Source: Candidatus Hydrogenedentota bacterium
GTDB taxonomy: Bacteria > Hydrogenedentota > Hydrogenedentia > Hydrogenedentales > SLHB01
Reading direction: 5' to 3'
DNA length: 64,000 nucleotides
Assembly: GCA_963674865.2 (NCBI GenBank)
Contig: CAXXYE010000009.1
Span: 960,001-1,024,000, forward strand
Shown here: positions 42,353 to 51,581 of the stretch, in pieces
How the letters are laid out: every line of letters starts with the position of its first letter
Numbering within the stretch: the stretch's first letter is position 1
Made by a program: the position numbers and the translations under genes
Notes under the pieces: generated by a model
The model's database searches: none
What the model was told of the DNA's origin: nothing
The model's input: the letters and a program-made list of their open reading frames with translations, nothing else

Positions 42353-43624
42353 ATGAGGGAAAAGCATGTTATGAGATGGGAAACGTGCGTGCTGTCCATG
42401 GGATTAGTCTGTGCGCTGGCCGTGTCGGGCTGGGCCGCCGACTTCTCGGATCTGCCTATCGGCTACCTGGAGATTACCGAGTACGAAGATGGCCAACTGA
42501 ATGTCCTGGCGCGATGTGTCCCGGCCGAGAGACTGTTGGCGGATCTGGCCAAGCGTTCCGGAGTGGCCTTGGAATTCCCGACGCCGGTATCGGCCTGCGT
42601 CAGCCTGCCCATACAGCCGGATCGCGATCTCGTCAGGCCGGCGCACTGGTGGTTTGTACAAGTCCTTACAGCCTGCGGGCTTACGCGGCATGTCCCCCCG
42701 GGAGCCGAGACAGGCCAGGTCCGGCCGGAACACCCGGATCGGTATAATCCGATGCTTCCCGAGACTGAAGTGATCGCCAAGTACAAGCGGCCGGCGGTTA
42801 CGCCGGCGACCGCTCCGGGCGAGGGAATTACCGGCGCTGTTCTGATACTCCGAGGCAAGTTCGTTCCTCCCCCCTATCGCGTCGAAGTAGGGGCGCCGTA
42901 TCGCTTGGAGGTGGACGGCGATAGTGCCATCTTAGCTGACGTACTCGTGAACGGCGTTCTGTGGACGCAGGTCGAGGAGCTGCCTACTCCGGGAGAAGGG
43001 ACGCCGGAGCCGAAAATGCCCGCCTCGGGCCAATTTGAGGACGTTCTAACGCTCAGGGATTATGTCTGGCTCGTGTTGTATCCGAAGCACCTCAAGACAT
43101 CCGGGCCCAAGATCGCCCACCAGAGAGTCGTTGAATTTCTGGAAAGCCAGCAGCTCATTGAAAAGATCGTGGATCCCGAGGAGCTTCTGATCATCTATGC
43201 GCACGATCCTCACAGGCTCCCGAACGCACTCGTGCCCGCTGACTATGAGCTCAGCACGGGCCGGTTTGTCGATGACGGCATGGCTATCAACCGGGGCAAG
43301 ACGGCCGCTGAACTTGGCGATGAAGAGGCAGATGAGTTGCGGCATCTCCTGGCGCTCGACCGCGTTGTTGTGAGAGGAACGCATGGCCGCGGCGGCGCGT
43401 CAGGCATCGGTGGCGTGTGCCAGTTCCGGAGTTGTTTGGCTGAGGCTTACACGCTGCCGCTGGCACAGCGCGAGTGCGCTCTTCGGGAAATACTCCGGAA
43501 TAGGTGCGTGGCGCGGGAGTTGGCCGTGAACCTGCCGTCGGACTATCAGGAGCTAACGAAGGCGCTCGACGCACTCGTGGCGGAACTGGAACAACGCCAA
43601 CTTGAGAAGGAACTGGATGGCTGA
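42353..43624 (+). CDS. Secreted hypothetical protein
   Basis: GGAGG RBS, signal peptide (..LAVSGWA), candidate promoter TTGGCA-17-TACTCT at 42254-42282. The ORF-track N-terminal extension runs through the repeat. Confidence 0.7.
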   Translation: MREKHVMRWETCVLSMGLVCALAVSGWAADFSDLPIGYLEITEYEDGQLNVLARCVPAERLLADLAKRSGVALEFPTPVSACVSLPIQPDRDLVRPAHWWFVQVLTACGLTRHVPPGAETGQVRPEHPDRYNPMLPETEVIAKYKRPAVTPATAPGEGITGAVLILRGKFVPPPYRVEVGAPYRLEVDGDSAILADVLVNGVLWTQVEELPTPGEGTPEPKMPASGQFEDVLTLRDYVWLVLYPKHLKTSGPKIAHQRVVEFLESQQLIEKIVDPEELLIIYAHDPHRLPNALVPADYELSTGRFVDDGMAINRGKTAAELGDEEADELRHLLALDRVVVRGTHGRGGASGIGGVCQFRSCLAEAYTLPLAQRECALREILRNRCVARELAVNLPSDYQELTKALDALVAELEQRQLEKELDG

Positions 43625-43811
43625 CGCAATGGCCGCCCGGAACGCACACTCATAGTCTTGGAGGCCGCACAATGGGATGATTCATCGGCCGTTGGGGGAA
43701 GAGCCTCTCGGACTCGAAGACGATGAAGGCGCTCCAATTCACCTCAAAGGGGGGCGCCGGCCGCAGAATAGGACGCAGAAGACGCTCACGCAGCCAAGGC
43801 CGTTGACGCGT

Positions 43812-46286
43812 TCAGAACGGCAGCGGGCTCACGGGGCCGCGTGGCTGGATGGCGATGATCTGGTTGCCGATCCATGTCGTGGTGTATTCGACGCTATCGA
43901 CGGTTTCCTTCTCGATCTTGGCGGGCACCGGGAATCGCACGATTCCTTGTTGTCCTGATTCGAGGCCGTCCACGAGCAGGAAGCCGTTCTCGAACGCGGG
44001 CTCCCGCGCCTCGCCGTTCACCGTGAGCGATAGGCTGCTGCCGTCCACCCATGGCGGAATGCGCACTTCCACGCGTTTCGCCGTGCCGACGGTGAAGCGG
44101 ATTCGGCCCTCAAAGGGCAGGGCGCTGTCGAGCACGAGTGCTTCTCCTTCGTAGTCGAACAGGATGATCACGCGGCTCGTTTCGCCGTCGCTGACGCAGC
44201 GCCGCTTGTAGCACTCGCTCATGGCGTGGACGGCGCCCGAGGTAATATCCAGCGTGGAGATAGGCCAGCCGCCCTCCCGTGAGCGATCATTCGGGAGCTG
44301 CATGGAGAATCCGCCGATGGAGCGCCGGAGCACATCGCGTTCCGCGTCGCTCTTAGGATGCTCGTTCTCATGCATAATCCGCCGGAGATCTTCCTCGCGG
44401 TACTGAGTGGGGAGGAGCATGCTGCGCAGATACCGCTCGGCAAGTTCGTAGTACGCCGTGTATCCTGCGTCGCCCAGCAGCAGGGCCGTACGCACCACGT
44501 CGCCCGTCTGGTTGATCTCGCCGCGAGAAAGCAGATTGGCGGGATGATCCGGGAAGACCTCATCGCCCCATCCCCATGAGCTGTGGTATTCCGGGACGCC
44601 TACGTCCATGATCCGCCGGCATGTGGCCAGCATCGCGGCGTCCTTCGAGAGGATGGCGTAGTCCGTGATGCCGCTGAGAGCGGAAGTGATGCTGTGAACA
44701 TGTCCCGAGGAGCGGCGCCACTCCGTGAACCGGCCGTCTTCGTCGAACATCTCGGCCAGGCCGGCGCGCGCGTAACGCCCCGCGAGGTCCAGGGCGACGG
44801 GATCTTCAGTCAGCCGGTAATAGGCCAGCAAGGGATCGATCATTCGCGCGGCATTGGGGGCGGAAATGCCGTAGCAAAGGCCGTCCATACCTTGCTCCGC
44901 GGCCAGAGCCGGCGACCACCGGCCGTCTTCGCCCGTCATCGCCTGAAGCGTCCGCACCATCTTGTGGGCTTCGTCGCGCGCCCAGTCCGAGCCGGGCCGC
45001 TGCATCAACGCCCACAGGCCGTACAATCCCTCCCGCATGTTGTGAAACTCGATGAAGCGCTTGTTCTCCTTGTCGGGATCGAAATAGGAGTTCAGGTGGT
45101 TTGGATTGTCAAAGGAACTCTTGCAGTACCGTTCGAGGATCGACAGTCCCTCGGCCGGAAATGGGAAGCCCGTCGCCTGATCGGCCTCGGTACATCCCAA
45201 GAGACACCGCCCCACCACGTGAGGTATCCCGATGTTGACGGAGTGGTGCATCACCCCCGTGCCGTCCGGCCTGAGATCCGAGAAGAAGAAGGGCTCGTTG
45301 TCCTTGTCTGCGTCGAAGAGGCTTGTCAGATGGACTGCGGCGAGCCGGATGGCCGTCCCGAGGTCGGTGCGCACAGGAAGTCGGGACAAGTCCGTCCCGG
45401 ATTCGGCGGCAAAGGCCTCCGCGTCCGGCCATTCCTTCGTAACTTTCGCCGGGATCATCCGGTTTTTCGCGCGTTCTTCCTCGGCATCCATGAACTCCTC
45501 CCTCACCATTCGGCTCTCCTCCGCAGAAACCTGGCGGGACGCCACGATGGCCGTGCGCTCCTCCGGCGTCAATACGCGCGCATAGAGAAGCGCCTCGGCG
45601 ATCTCCCCCCGGAAATGGACCCGCTCACTGCCGCCGAAGCACCTGGCCCCGATCCGCACCTCGTCCATGACGGTCTTGGCGGGCTGGACGGGGCGCGTGC
45701 CTTCGAGGACACCGTCCACATAGAGGCGTACTTCTTGCCGATCCCGCTCCACGATAAGCACGTGGGGCGTTCCGTATGGGAACGCGCTCTCTAGCTGATC
45801 CTGTTGCCCCCCGATGCGCCCCGCGCCCTCAATGCTGATTTGGTCGAAGGCGCCCCCGGACGCGAAGAGGTCTACCGTGAAGCCGGGATCGTAGTCGTGC
45901 CCATCACGGGAACGTGCGGTGCAGAGCCCGCCTCCGGGCCCGCCGGAGAAAGGGGCCGCGACGAGCACAAGTGCCCACGCATCACAAGCTTGGCCGAAAG
46001 CGGTGTCGCGCAGTACGTCATCGACGCCGTCAAAGAACACGGCCGGTCTCGCGGGCTTGCCATCGTGTGCGGCCAGTGTCGGATGCCGGTGAGGTTCGGA
46101 GGTGAGGCGGTTCGTGAATCCGGGCGCGCGGTTTTGCCACCACGCGACGTGGCCGTCCTCAGTACCCATCGACGCGGCGGCGGCGGCGTCGAGCCAGAGA
46201 ATGAGGCCCTCTTGAGGAGTCTCCGCGCCGCACGCAAACGCCCACAACGCCGCTACGGCCAGGGCAGGCAAAATGACTTGTTTCAA
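43812..46286 (-). CDS. Secreted LamG-like domain plus GH127-like (alpha/alpha)-barrel protein
   Basis: Signal peptide, LILWLDA..FDGVDD..LYVDG..FRGEIAE, GHVHS, and a C-terminal VRIPPW..LTVNG beta-domain. TTG start. Confidence 0.65.
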   Translation of the reverse strand: MKQVILPALAVAALWAFACGAETPQEGLILWLDAAAAASMGTEDGHVAWWQNRAPGFTNRLTSEPHRHPTLAAHDGKPARPAVFFDGVDDVLRDTAFGQACDAWALVLVAAPFSGGPGGGLCTARSRDGHDYDPGFTVDLFASGGAFDQISIEGAGRIGGQQDQLESAFPYGTPHVLIVERDRQEVRLYVDGVLEGTRPVQPAKTVMDEVRIGARCFGGSERVHFRGEIAEALLYARVLTPEERTAIVASRQVSAEESRMVREEFMDAEEERAKNRMIPAKVTKEWPDAEAFAAESGTDLSRLPVRTDLGTAIRLAAVHLTSLFDADKDNEPFFFSDLRPDGTGVMHHSVNIGIPHVVGRCLLGCTEADQATGFPFPAEGLSILERYCKSSFDNPNHLNSYFDPDKENKRFIEFHNMREGLYGLWALMQRPGSDWARDEAHKMVRTLQAMTGEDGRWSPALAAEQGMDGLCYGISAPNAARMIDPLLAYYRLTEDPVALDLAGRYARAGLAEMFDEDGRFTEWRRSSGHVHSITSALSGITDYAILSKDAAMLATCRRIMDVGVPEYHSSWGWGDEVFPDHPANLLSRGEINQTGDVVRTALLLGDAGYTAYYELAERYLRSMLLPTQYREEDLRRIMHENEHPKSDAERDVLRRSIGGFSMQLPNDRSREGGWPISTLDITSGAVHAMSECYKRRCVSDGETSRVIILFDYEGEALVLDSALPFEGRIRFTVGTAKRVEVRIPPWVDGSSLSLTVNGEAREPAFENGFLLVDGLESGQQGIVRFPVPAKIEKETVDSVEYTTTWIGNQIIAIQPRGPVSPLPF

Positions 46287-46571
46287 GAGAAGCGACTCCT
46301 CGAAGCATACGGTTATGTCCGCGACGTTGTCACGGCAGTGCCAAAGGGGGCCTCGATTGAGCTAATCAGAAACTGGTTGGCGGTTCAAGCCTGAGGCCGG
46401 CTCCGGGCGTGTCTAGCGGGGGCGTCCGTTAGCCCCTGCCACTGGCCAAACGAGTGCGAACGCGGTATGATGATCCTCGGTGGAGACGGGGAGTGTCGGC
46501 GATGCACGTCGCGGGCCCGTGGCAGGGCGCCGCGCCGGCGTCGGGGTCACGCGAAAACGCGGAGGCGGAAC

Positions 46572-49500
46572 GTGAGCGAATACCGTGAGACAAGGAAGCG
46601 GCGAACTTCGCCGGCGCTATTCATTACTTTTGTCCTTGGATTCCTGATCGGGCTGACAACCTTCTATGCCATGTACCGTTCTATCCGGCGCGACGCGGGC
46701 ACGGAACCTTCGGAGCAGCCGCCGGCAGTGGCCACCACCGTCGAGGCGCCCGAGCCGACGGCCCCGGAGACTCCGGCACAGTCGGAGGCGGATGTGCCGC
46801 CCATAGAGGAGTCGATTGAGGAAACAATAGCGGGCACGGCCCCTGAAATGCCCGCCGCCGAGGAGGCTTCGCCTGAAGCGCCGGCAACGCCGGAAGCCGC
46901 GCCACCGGAGGAAATTGCCGACGTTGTCCCCGCGGCGCATGTGCCGCCGCCGCCCGTCGAACCGACGCCGCCGAGCCCCTGGCCGGCACGCCACCTTTTC
47001 ATAGGCATCGAGGGCATGAGGCTCGACGATGCCACGCGCTCCCTTCTCCACGACCTCAAGCCGGGCGGGGTGGTACTCGAAGCCGAGAATTTTGCATCGA
47101 GCGAGCAGGTGCGAAACCTGATCAAGGCCATCAAGCAAAGTGTGGGATTGGGCGAAACGCTGGCGGACCTTCCGCTCATTGCCGTATGCCAGGAAGGCGG
47201 CGATCGGAACTGCCTGGGTTTGAGAGAGGCCCCCAGCCCGGCCGACTTAAGCGTCATTGGTGACCCGGAGCTTGCGAAGGCGGCCGGGGCGCGATACGGT
47301 GCAGCCGCCGTTGGCGATGGCATCGCGGTACTCCTATCGCCCTCACTTGACGTGTATGTGCCCGGCACGGGCGAGGTGGCGCTGGCGACACGCACCTTCG
47401 GCAGCGATCAGGTGGCCGTGACGGAGATGGGGCTGGCGTTCGCGGAAGGGGTCATGGACAGCGGGGCGCTTCCGGTGGTGAAGCACTATCCGGGACAAGG
47501 CGCCGCCCAGCGGACGCCGGATGACGTGGCCGTGGTGGCCGAGACGGATCCGACGCGGCTTGCCCAGTTCCTTTTTCCCTTCAAGGAAGCGGTTGCCAAG
47601 GGCCTTCCCGGCTTGATGGTAGGCCATGCGGTAGTCCCTGCGTTGAATCCGGATGATCCGATGCGCCCGGCGTCACTGTCGCCGGTACTGGTGCGGACAC
47701 TTCTCCGTGATCGGTGGGCGTACGATGGCATCGTGATCACGGACGACCTCCGGGCGCCAACCATGACGCGGGCCGTCGAGGGAGCAGCCGTAGAGGCCCT
47801 TGCCGCGGGATGCGACGCAGTGCAGGTGCTCTTGTACAACCCATCGCGCATACGGGCCTTATGCGCGGCTATCGAAGGGGCCGTTGACGACGGACTGATC
47901 GCGCCGGATGCGCTGGATGAGAGCAAGAGGCGCTTGGATGCCTGGCAGGACTGGCTGCGTGAGCAGCATGATCTGCCGGAGTACGTGCCGTCGGCCGTGC
48001 CTGTAGAGGCGCCTCCCGAGCCGGTTCAGTTGGCCAGCGCGCAGCAAGGCGCCGAGCCAACACTTTCGGAAGAGCCTCCCCAGGTACCGGCGACACCCCC
48101 GGCCACTCCGGCCGAGGAGGCATCGCAGACAGCCGAACCGTCTGCTGAAATGCCATCTGAGACTCCATCGCCCGAGGCGTCCGTCGAGTCGAAAGTGGAA
48201 GACGTGCCGGCGGAAGCGCCAAAGGCAGCAACGACCCCCGAACCGGAGTCTACGACGCCGGCTCCCGAGATTGCGGAACCGGTTGACGAAGCGTCCCCCG
48301 CGATCCCGGAAACCGAACAGGCATCTGAGGAGAGTCCTGAGCAAGTTGATACCTCGACGCCGCAGATGACGACACCGGAAGCGCCGGAGGTTGTCCCAGA
48401 GACTATGCCGGAGTCAGCGGCCGAACCAACGCCTGAGCCGGAACGTCCCGCGCCTCCTGAGGACATGGCGGAGACGCCGTCCGAGGAGGCGCCGGCAACT
48501 GAACATAAGGCGGCGCCTGAAGCAGCAGAGGCGCCGGATGCAGCCGCGACAGAGGTACCGGCCTCGGCCGAGCCGGAAAGGCCCGCGGAGAAGACGCCGG
48601 CCGGGACACCGCAAGAGCCTGAACAGGCCCCGGCCGTGCCCGAGGCGCCCGAGAGCGAGCAGGCGGCGCAGCCGGCCGCCGAAAAGGCCCTGCCGCCGGA
48701 GACACCCGCCGAGCCTGAGCCCGTCGTTGAGGAAACGTCGACAGAAGTCCCGGCGGAGACGATGACATCCCCTGACGAACCAACCATTGACTCCGAGGCT
48801 GGGGGCGCGGACGTGGCCGAATCTTCCCCGGCACCGGCCGAGGAGGAATCCCCGGTACCCGCCGCTGAGAGACCTCAGGATGCCGAACCTAGCAGGAAGG
48901 CGGCGGGGCCGCCTCAGGGGATGAAGAAGGTCAAACACCTGATCCAGCGGGGCGACTCGCTCTGGGGAATTGCCGCCGAATACGATGTCGCCAAAGAAGA
49001 CATCATGCGCTGGAACAAGATGACGAGCACGGCGATCAAGTATGGCCAGAAGCTTATCATCTACGTGCCCGACCCTGATGCCCCGCAGGAGTCTGAGCCA
49101 CCTGCACCGGATGTTGAGCAGATCCCGCCTACCGAGGAATCACCGCCTCCGGTTCCCGCTCCAGAGGCCGTTCAGCCGGCGTCCGAGACATCCGAAACAC
49201 CGGAAGCCGTAATCGAGGAACCGAGTCCAACGGCTGAGTCGGCAGTGGGGGAGGAGAGGTCCCCGCCTGCACCTGAGCCGGAGGCTACGGAGGAAATCCC
49301 AGCGGCGGAAGCGCTGCGGGACGCCGTCGAAGCAGAGTCACCCCCCCCGCCCCCGCCGCAAGCCGCTGAGGAGGAGGCCATAGCGACGCCCGAACCAGTC
49401 GTTGCGGAAGAAAGCACGCCGCCTGTGGCCGAGTCCGTGGCGGAGCCGGCAGCGGAAGAGCCACCCGCGGAGCCTGAACCGGCGCGCGTCAAAATCGAAT

Positions 49501-49844
49501 ACACGGTGACGGAAAACGACACCCTCACCGGGATCGCCATCAAGTACCACGTGCGCGTGACGGACCTGCTGAATTGGAATAACCTCACGGGGCCGCGGAT
49601 CATCTCCGGACAGGTCCTTACCATCTACCTCGATCAGGTTGCCCGGCAGACGTCGCTTCCGGGTGATGAGACGGCGGGAATGGTGACTTACGAGGTCCAG
49701 AGCGGCGATACGCTGTCGGCGATCGCGGCGCGGTTCGGTGTGCCCGCACAGGCCATCATGGACCAGAACGGCCTACGGGACGCCAATCACGTTCGTCTTG
49801 GGCAGAAGCTGAGGATTCCGCGCCTCGTCAGCGTCGAGCCATAG
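46572..49844 (+). CDS. Membrane-anchored NagZ-like GH3 domain, Pro/Glu/Ala-rich linker and three LysM domains
   Basis: GTG start after GGAGG, N-terminal TM, PGGVVL, QEGG, RTFGSD, KHYPG, ITDDL, and three LysM repeats (RGDSLWGIA, NDTLTGIA, GDTLSAIA). Confidence 0.85.
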   Translation: MSEYRETRKRRTSPALFITFVLGFLIGLTTFYAMYRSIRRDAGTEPSEQPPAVATTVEAPEPTAPETPAQSEADVPPIEESIEETIAGTAPEMPAAEEASPEAPATPEAAPPEEIADVVPAAHVPPPPVEPTPPSPWPARHLFIGIEGMRLDDATRSLLHDLKPGGVVLEAENFASSEQVRNLIKAIKQSVGLGETLADLPLIAVCQEGGDRNCLGLREAPSPADLSVIGDPELAKAAGARYGAAAVGDGIAVLLSPSLDVYVPGTGEVALATRTFGSDQVAVTEMGLAFAEGVMDSGALPVVKHYPGQGAAQRTPDDVAVVAETDPTRLAQFLFPFKEAVAKGLPGLMVGHAVVPALNPDDPMRPASLSPVLVRTLLRDRWAYDGIVITDDLRAPTMTRAVEGAAVEALAAGCDAVQVLLYNPSRIRALCAAIEGAVDDGLIAPDALDESKRRLDAWQDWLREQHDLPEYVPSAVPVEAPPEPVQLASAQQGAEPTLSEEPPQVPATPPATPAEEASQTAEPSAEMPSETPSPEASVESKVEDVPAEAPKAATTPEPESTTPAPEIAEPVDEASPAIPETEQASEESPEQVDTSTPQMTTPEAPEVVPETMPESAAEPTPEPERPAPPEDMAETPSEEAPATEHKAAPEAAEAPDAAATEVPASAEPERPAEKTPAGTPQEPEQAPAVPEAPESEQAAQPAAEKALPPETPAEPEPVVEETSTEVPAETMTSPDEPTIDSEAGGADVAESSPAPAEEESPVPAAERPQDAEPSRKAAGPPQGMKKVKHLIQRGDSLWGIAAEYDVAKEDIMRWNKMTSTAIKYGQKLIIYVPDPDAPQESEPPAPDVEQIPPTEESPPPVPAPEAVQPASETSETPEAVIEEPSPTAESAVGEERSPPAPEPEATEEIPAAEALRDAVEAESPPPPPPQAAEEEAIATPEPVVAEESTPPVAESVAEPAAEEPPAEPEPARVKIEYTVTENDTLTGIAIKYHVRVTDLLNWNNLTGPRIISGQVLTIYLDQVARQTSLPGDETAGMVTYEVQSGDTLSAIAARFGVPAQAIMDQNGLRDANHVRLGQKLRIPRLVSVEP

Positions 49845-49910
49845 CGGCCACCGGCGCGTCTTCCCGCGATGGCCTGTGCGTCGAAAGAGGCAAGAGAGAG
49901 GAGGCGGACT

Positions 49911-50396
49911 ATGACGGATAGGCACATGGAAACGACGAGTTCTTCATCGTCATCGTCATCGGCGCCGGGGGAAGGAGCCATTTTGTCTGCGACAGGGGCG
50001 GCGGCGTTGCTGTTGCGATTGTCGCTGGGAATGCTCTTTATTACGGCGGCCCTTAACAAGTTCACGGGAGAGGGTGGTGCCGCCGGCGCAACGCGCTGGA
50101 TCATCGGCGAATTGCGCGAAACGTATCTGCCCAACGCTCTCCTGATCCCCTATGCATACGTGCTTCCCTACGTGGAGATTATCCTCGGGAGCGTGCTTAT
50201 TCTGGGGATCTTCACCCGGTGGGCGCTGACGTTCTGCGGTCTTCTCCTGATATCCCTCGCCCTCGGCAAAGCGGCGACGCAGGACTACACGACGGTGTCG
50301 CAGAATCTGAATTACGTATTGATGGCCGCTGTGGGCCTCTGGCTGGCGTCGCGCGATAATCCGTACGCGCTGGATGCTCTCTTGGGGCGCGATTAG
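49911..50396 (+). CDS. DoxX-family membrane protein
   Basis: LLRLSLG..FI.AALNK, LPYVEIILG..LILGIFTR, YALD; GGAGG RBS. Confidence 0.8.
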   Translation: MTDRHMETTSSSSSSSSAPGEGAILSATGAAALLLRLSLGMLFITAALNKFTGEGGAAGATRWIIGELRETYLPNALLIPYAYVLPYVEIILGSVLILGIFTRWALTFCGLLLISLALGKAATQDYTTVSQNLNYVLMAAVGLWLASRDNPYALDALLGRD

Positions 50397-50546
50397 GCCG
50401 CTCTTCTCACTGCCGCATAGCGAGACTTACGGAAGTCACGCGGAACGGGCACTTCGATTCACAAGGCCGCCATCGAGTGACAGCCCCCAAAAGCGGGGCG
50501 CAGAAGGACTATATGTGAGCCGTTGGCGTTAGGCCCGAGCGCTGGG

Positions 50547-51380
50547 TCAGCGTCTTCGGCCGCCCCCGCCTCCGTAGAACCCTCCGCCACGCATGGGCAT
50601 CCCCCCGCTCATCGTGAAGAACGGGCTGGACATCGTATCCCGTATGGCGTCGGCGAACGCTTGCTGCTGTTGAGTATCCTTGATGCCGTTGGAAGCGGCC
50701 AAATCGCGCAGCATCTGATCCTGCTGCTCGCGAAGCAGATTGCGGCGGGCGTCCTGAGATTCCCCGAGGGCTTCCCGGATGGCTTGGCGCTCTTCGTCCG
50801 TTTCGGCGTCACGCATCTGCTGCATAAGTTCCGCGGAGTAGTCGAAATGCTCCTGGAGCGCGGCGAGGCGTTCCCGCGAGGCCTGGTCTTTCGCCTTCGC
50901 CATCTCGGTGCTCATGAATGTGTCCATACGGTCGCGAAACTGATCCCGCTGCGCACGCCACCGCTCCTGGGCTTCTTCGTTGTTTCTGTCATCCCTGCCT
51001 GGACCACGCCTGCGGTCCGGTCGCTCTTCGTCCTGTCCTTCGCCCGAACGCCCGTTGCCGCGGGCGGGCCGTTCAGGCTCCTCGCTCACGATGGAGGCCT
51101 CCACTTGGGTTGGCAATTCCTCGGCAGGAGAAGGGGTAGGCGGGTGTGTCTCGAGGAACGCTAGGTCACCTTCGAGCGCCTCATTCTCCCGCTCCAACTG
51201 CTCGACCCGCTGGCCGGTGTCGCGCACCTGTGCCTCCAAGTCGGCGTTGGCGGCCTTGAGGGCGTCCCGCTCTCCCGTTAGGACGTCGAGGCCCTTCGCA
51301 TACCGTGTTTGCAGAGCCAAGGCGCTGCAAACAGCGCCCAGAGAAAGGGCGACCACTGTAAGGATGATTGACCTTGTCAT
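50547..51380 (-). CDS. Exported coiled-coil hypothetical protein with Gly/Arg-rich tail
   Basis: N-terminal hydrophobic segment, heptad-rich segments, ends GGGGRRR. Confidence 0.7.
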   Translation of the reverse strand: MTRSIILTVVALSLGAVCSALALQTRYAKGLDVLTGERDALKAANADLEAQVRDTGQRVEQLERENEALEGDLAFLETHPPTPSPAEELPTQVEASIVSEEPERPARGNGRSGEGQDEERPDRRRGPGRDDRNNEEAQERWRAQRDQFRDRMDTFMSTEMAKAKDQASRERLAALQEHFDYSAELMQQMRDAETDEERQAIREALGESQDARRNLLREQQDQMLRDLAASNGIKDTQQQQAFADAIRDTMSSPFFTMSGGMPMRGGGFYGGGGGRRR

Positions 51381-51526
51381 ATTCCGTATAACCCCATCCT
51401 ATGGCCAGAGTTCCCTCAGTGGATCCCATTCTACACACAATGCCCCATATGGCAAAGTCCCGGCAGTGAAGGGACAAGACCATGGATCGACCTCGCGAAC
51501 GTGCTTGGCCACCGAAAGGGAGGGGA

Positions 51527-51567
51527 GGGGGGAGCTTCCCGGAGAGATGGAAGCTCCCCCCCGTTTT
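51527..51567. terminator. GC-rich hairpin, probable terminator downstream of the PHP-GT4 gene
   Basis: 13-bp stem GGGGGGAGCTTCC / GGAAGCTCCCCCC. Confidence 0.6.
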
Positions 51568-51581
51568 GCGGGAAGCCGCGG

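Noticed and set aside
46380..46420. Short matches (CGGTTCAAGCCT, CGTGTCTAG) to the 32729-32940 element
   Set aside because: Only 9-12 bp, in a different order, and without the terminal repeats.
47990..49480. DNA tandem repeat or ncRNA in the low-complexity tract
   Set aside because: Explained by the Pro/Glu/Ala-rich coding linker; no exact nucleotide periodicity seen.
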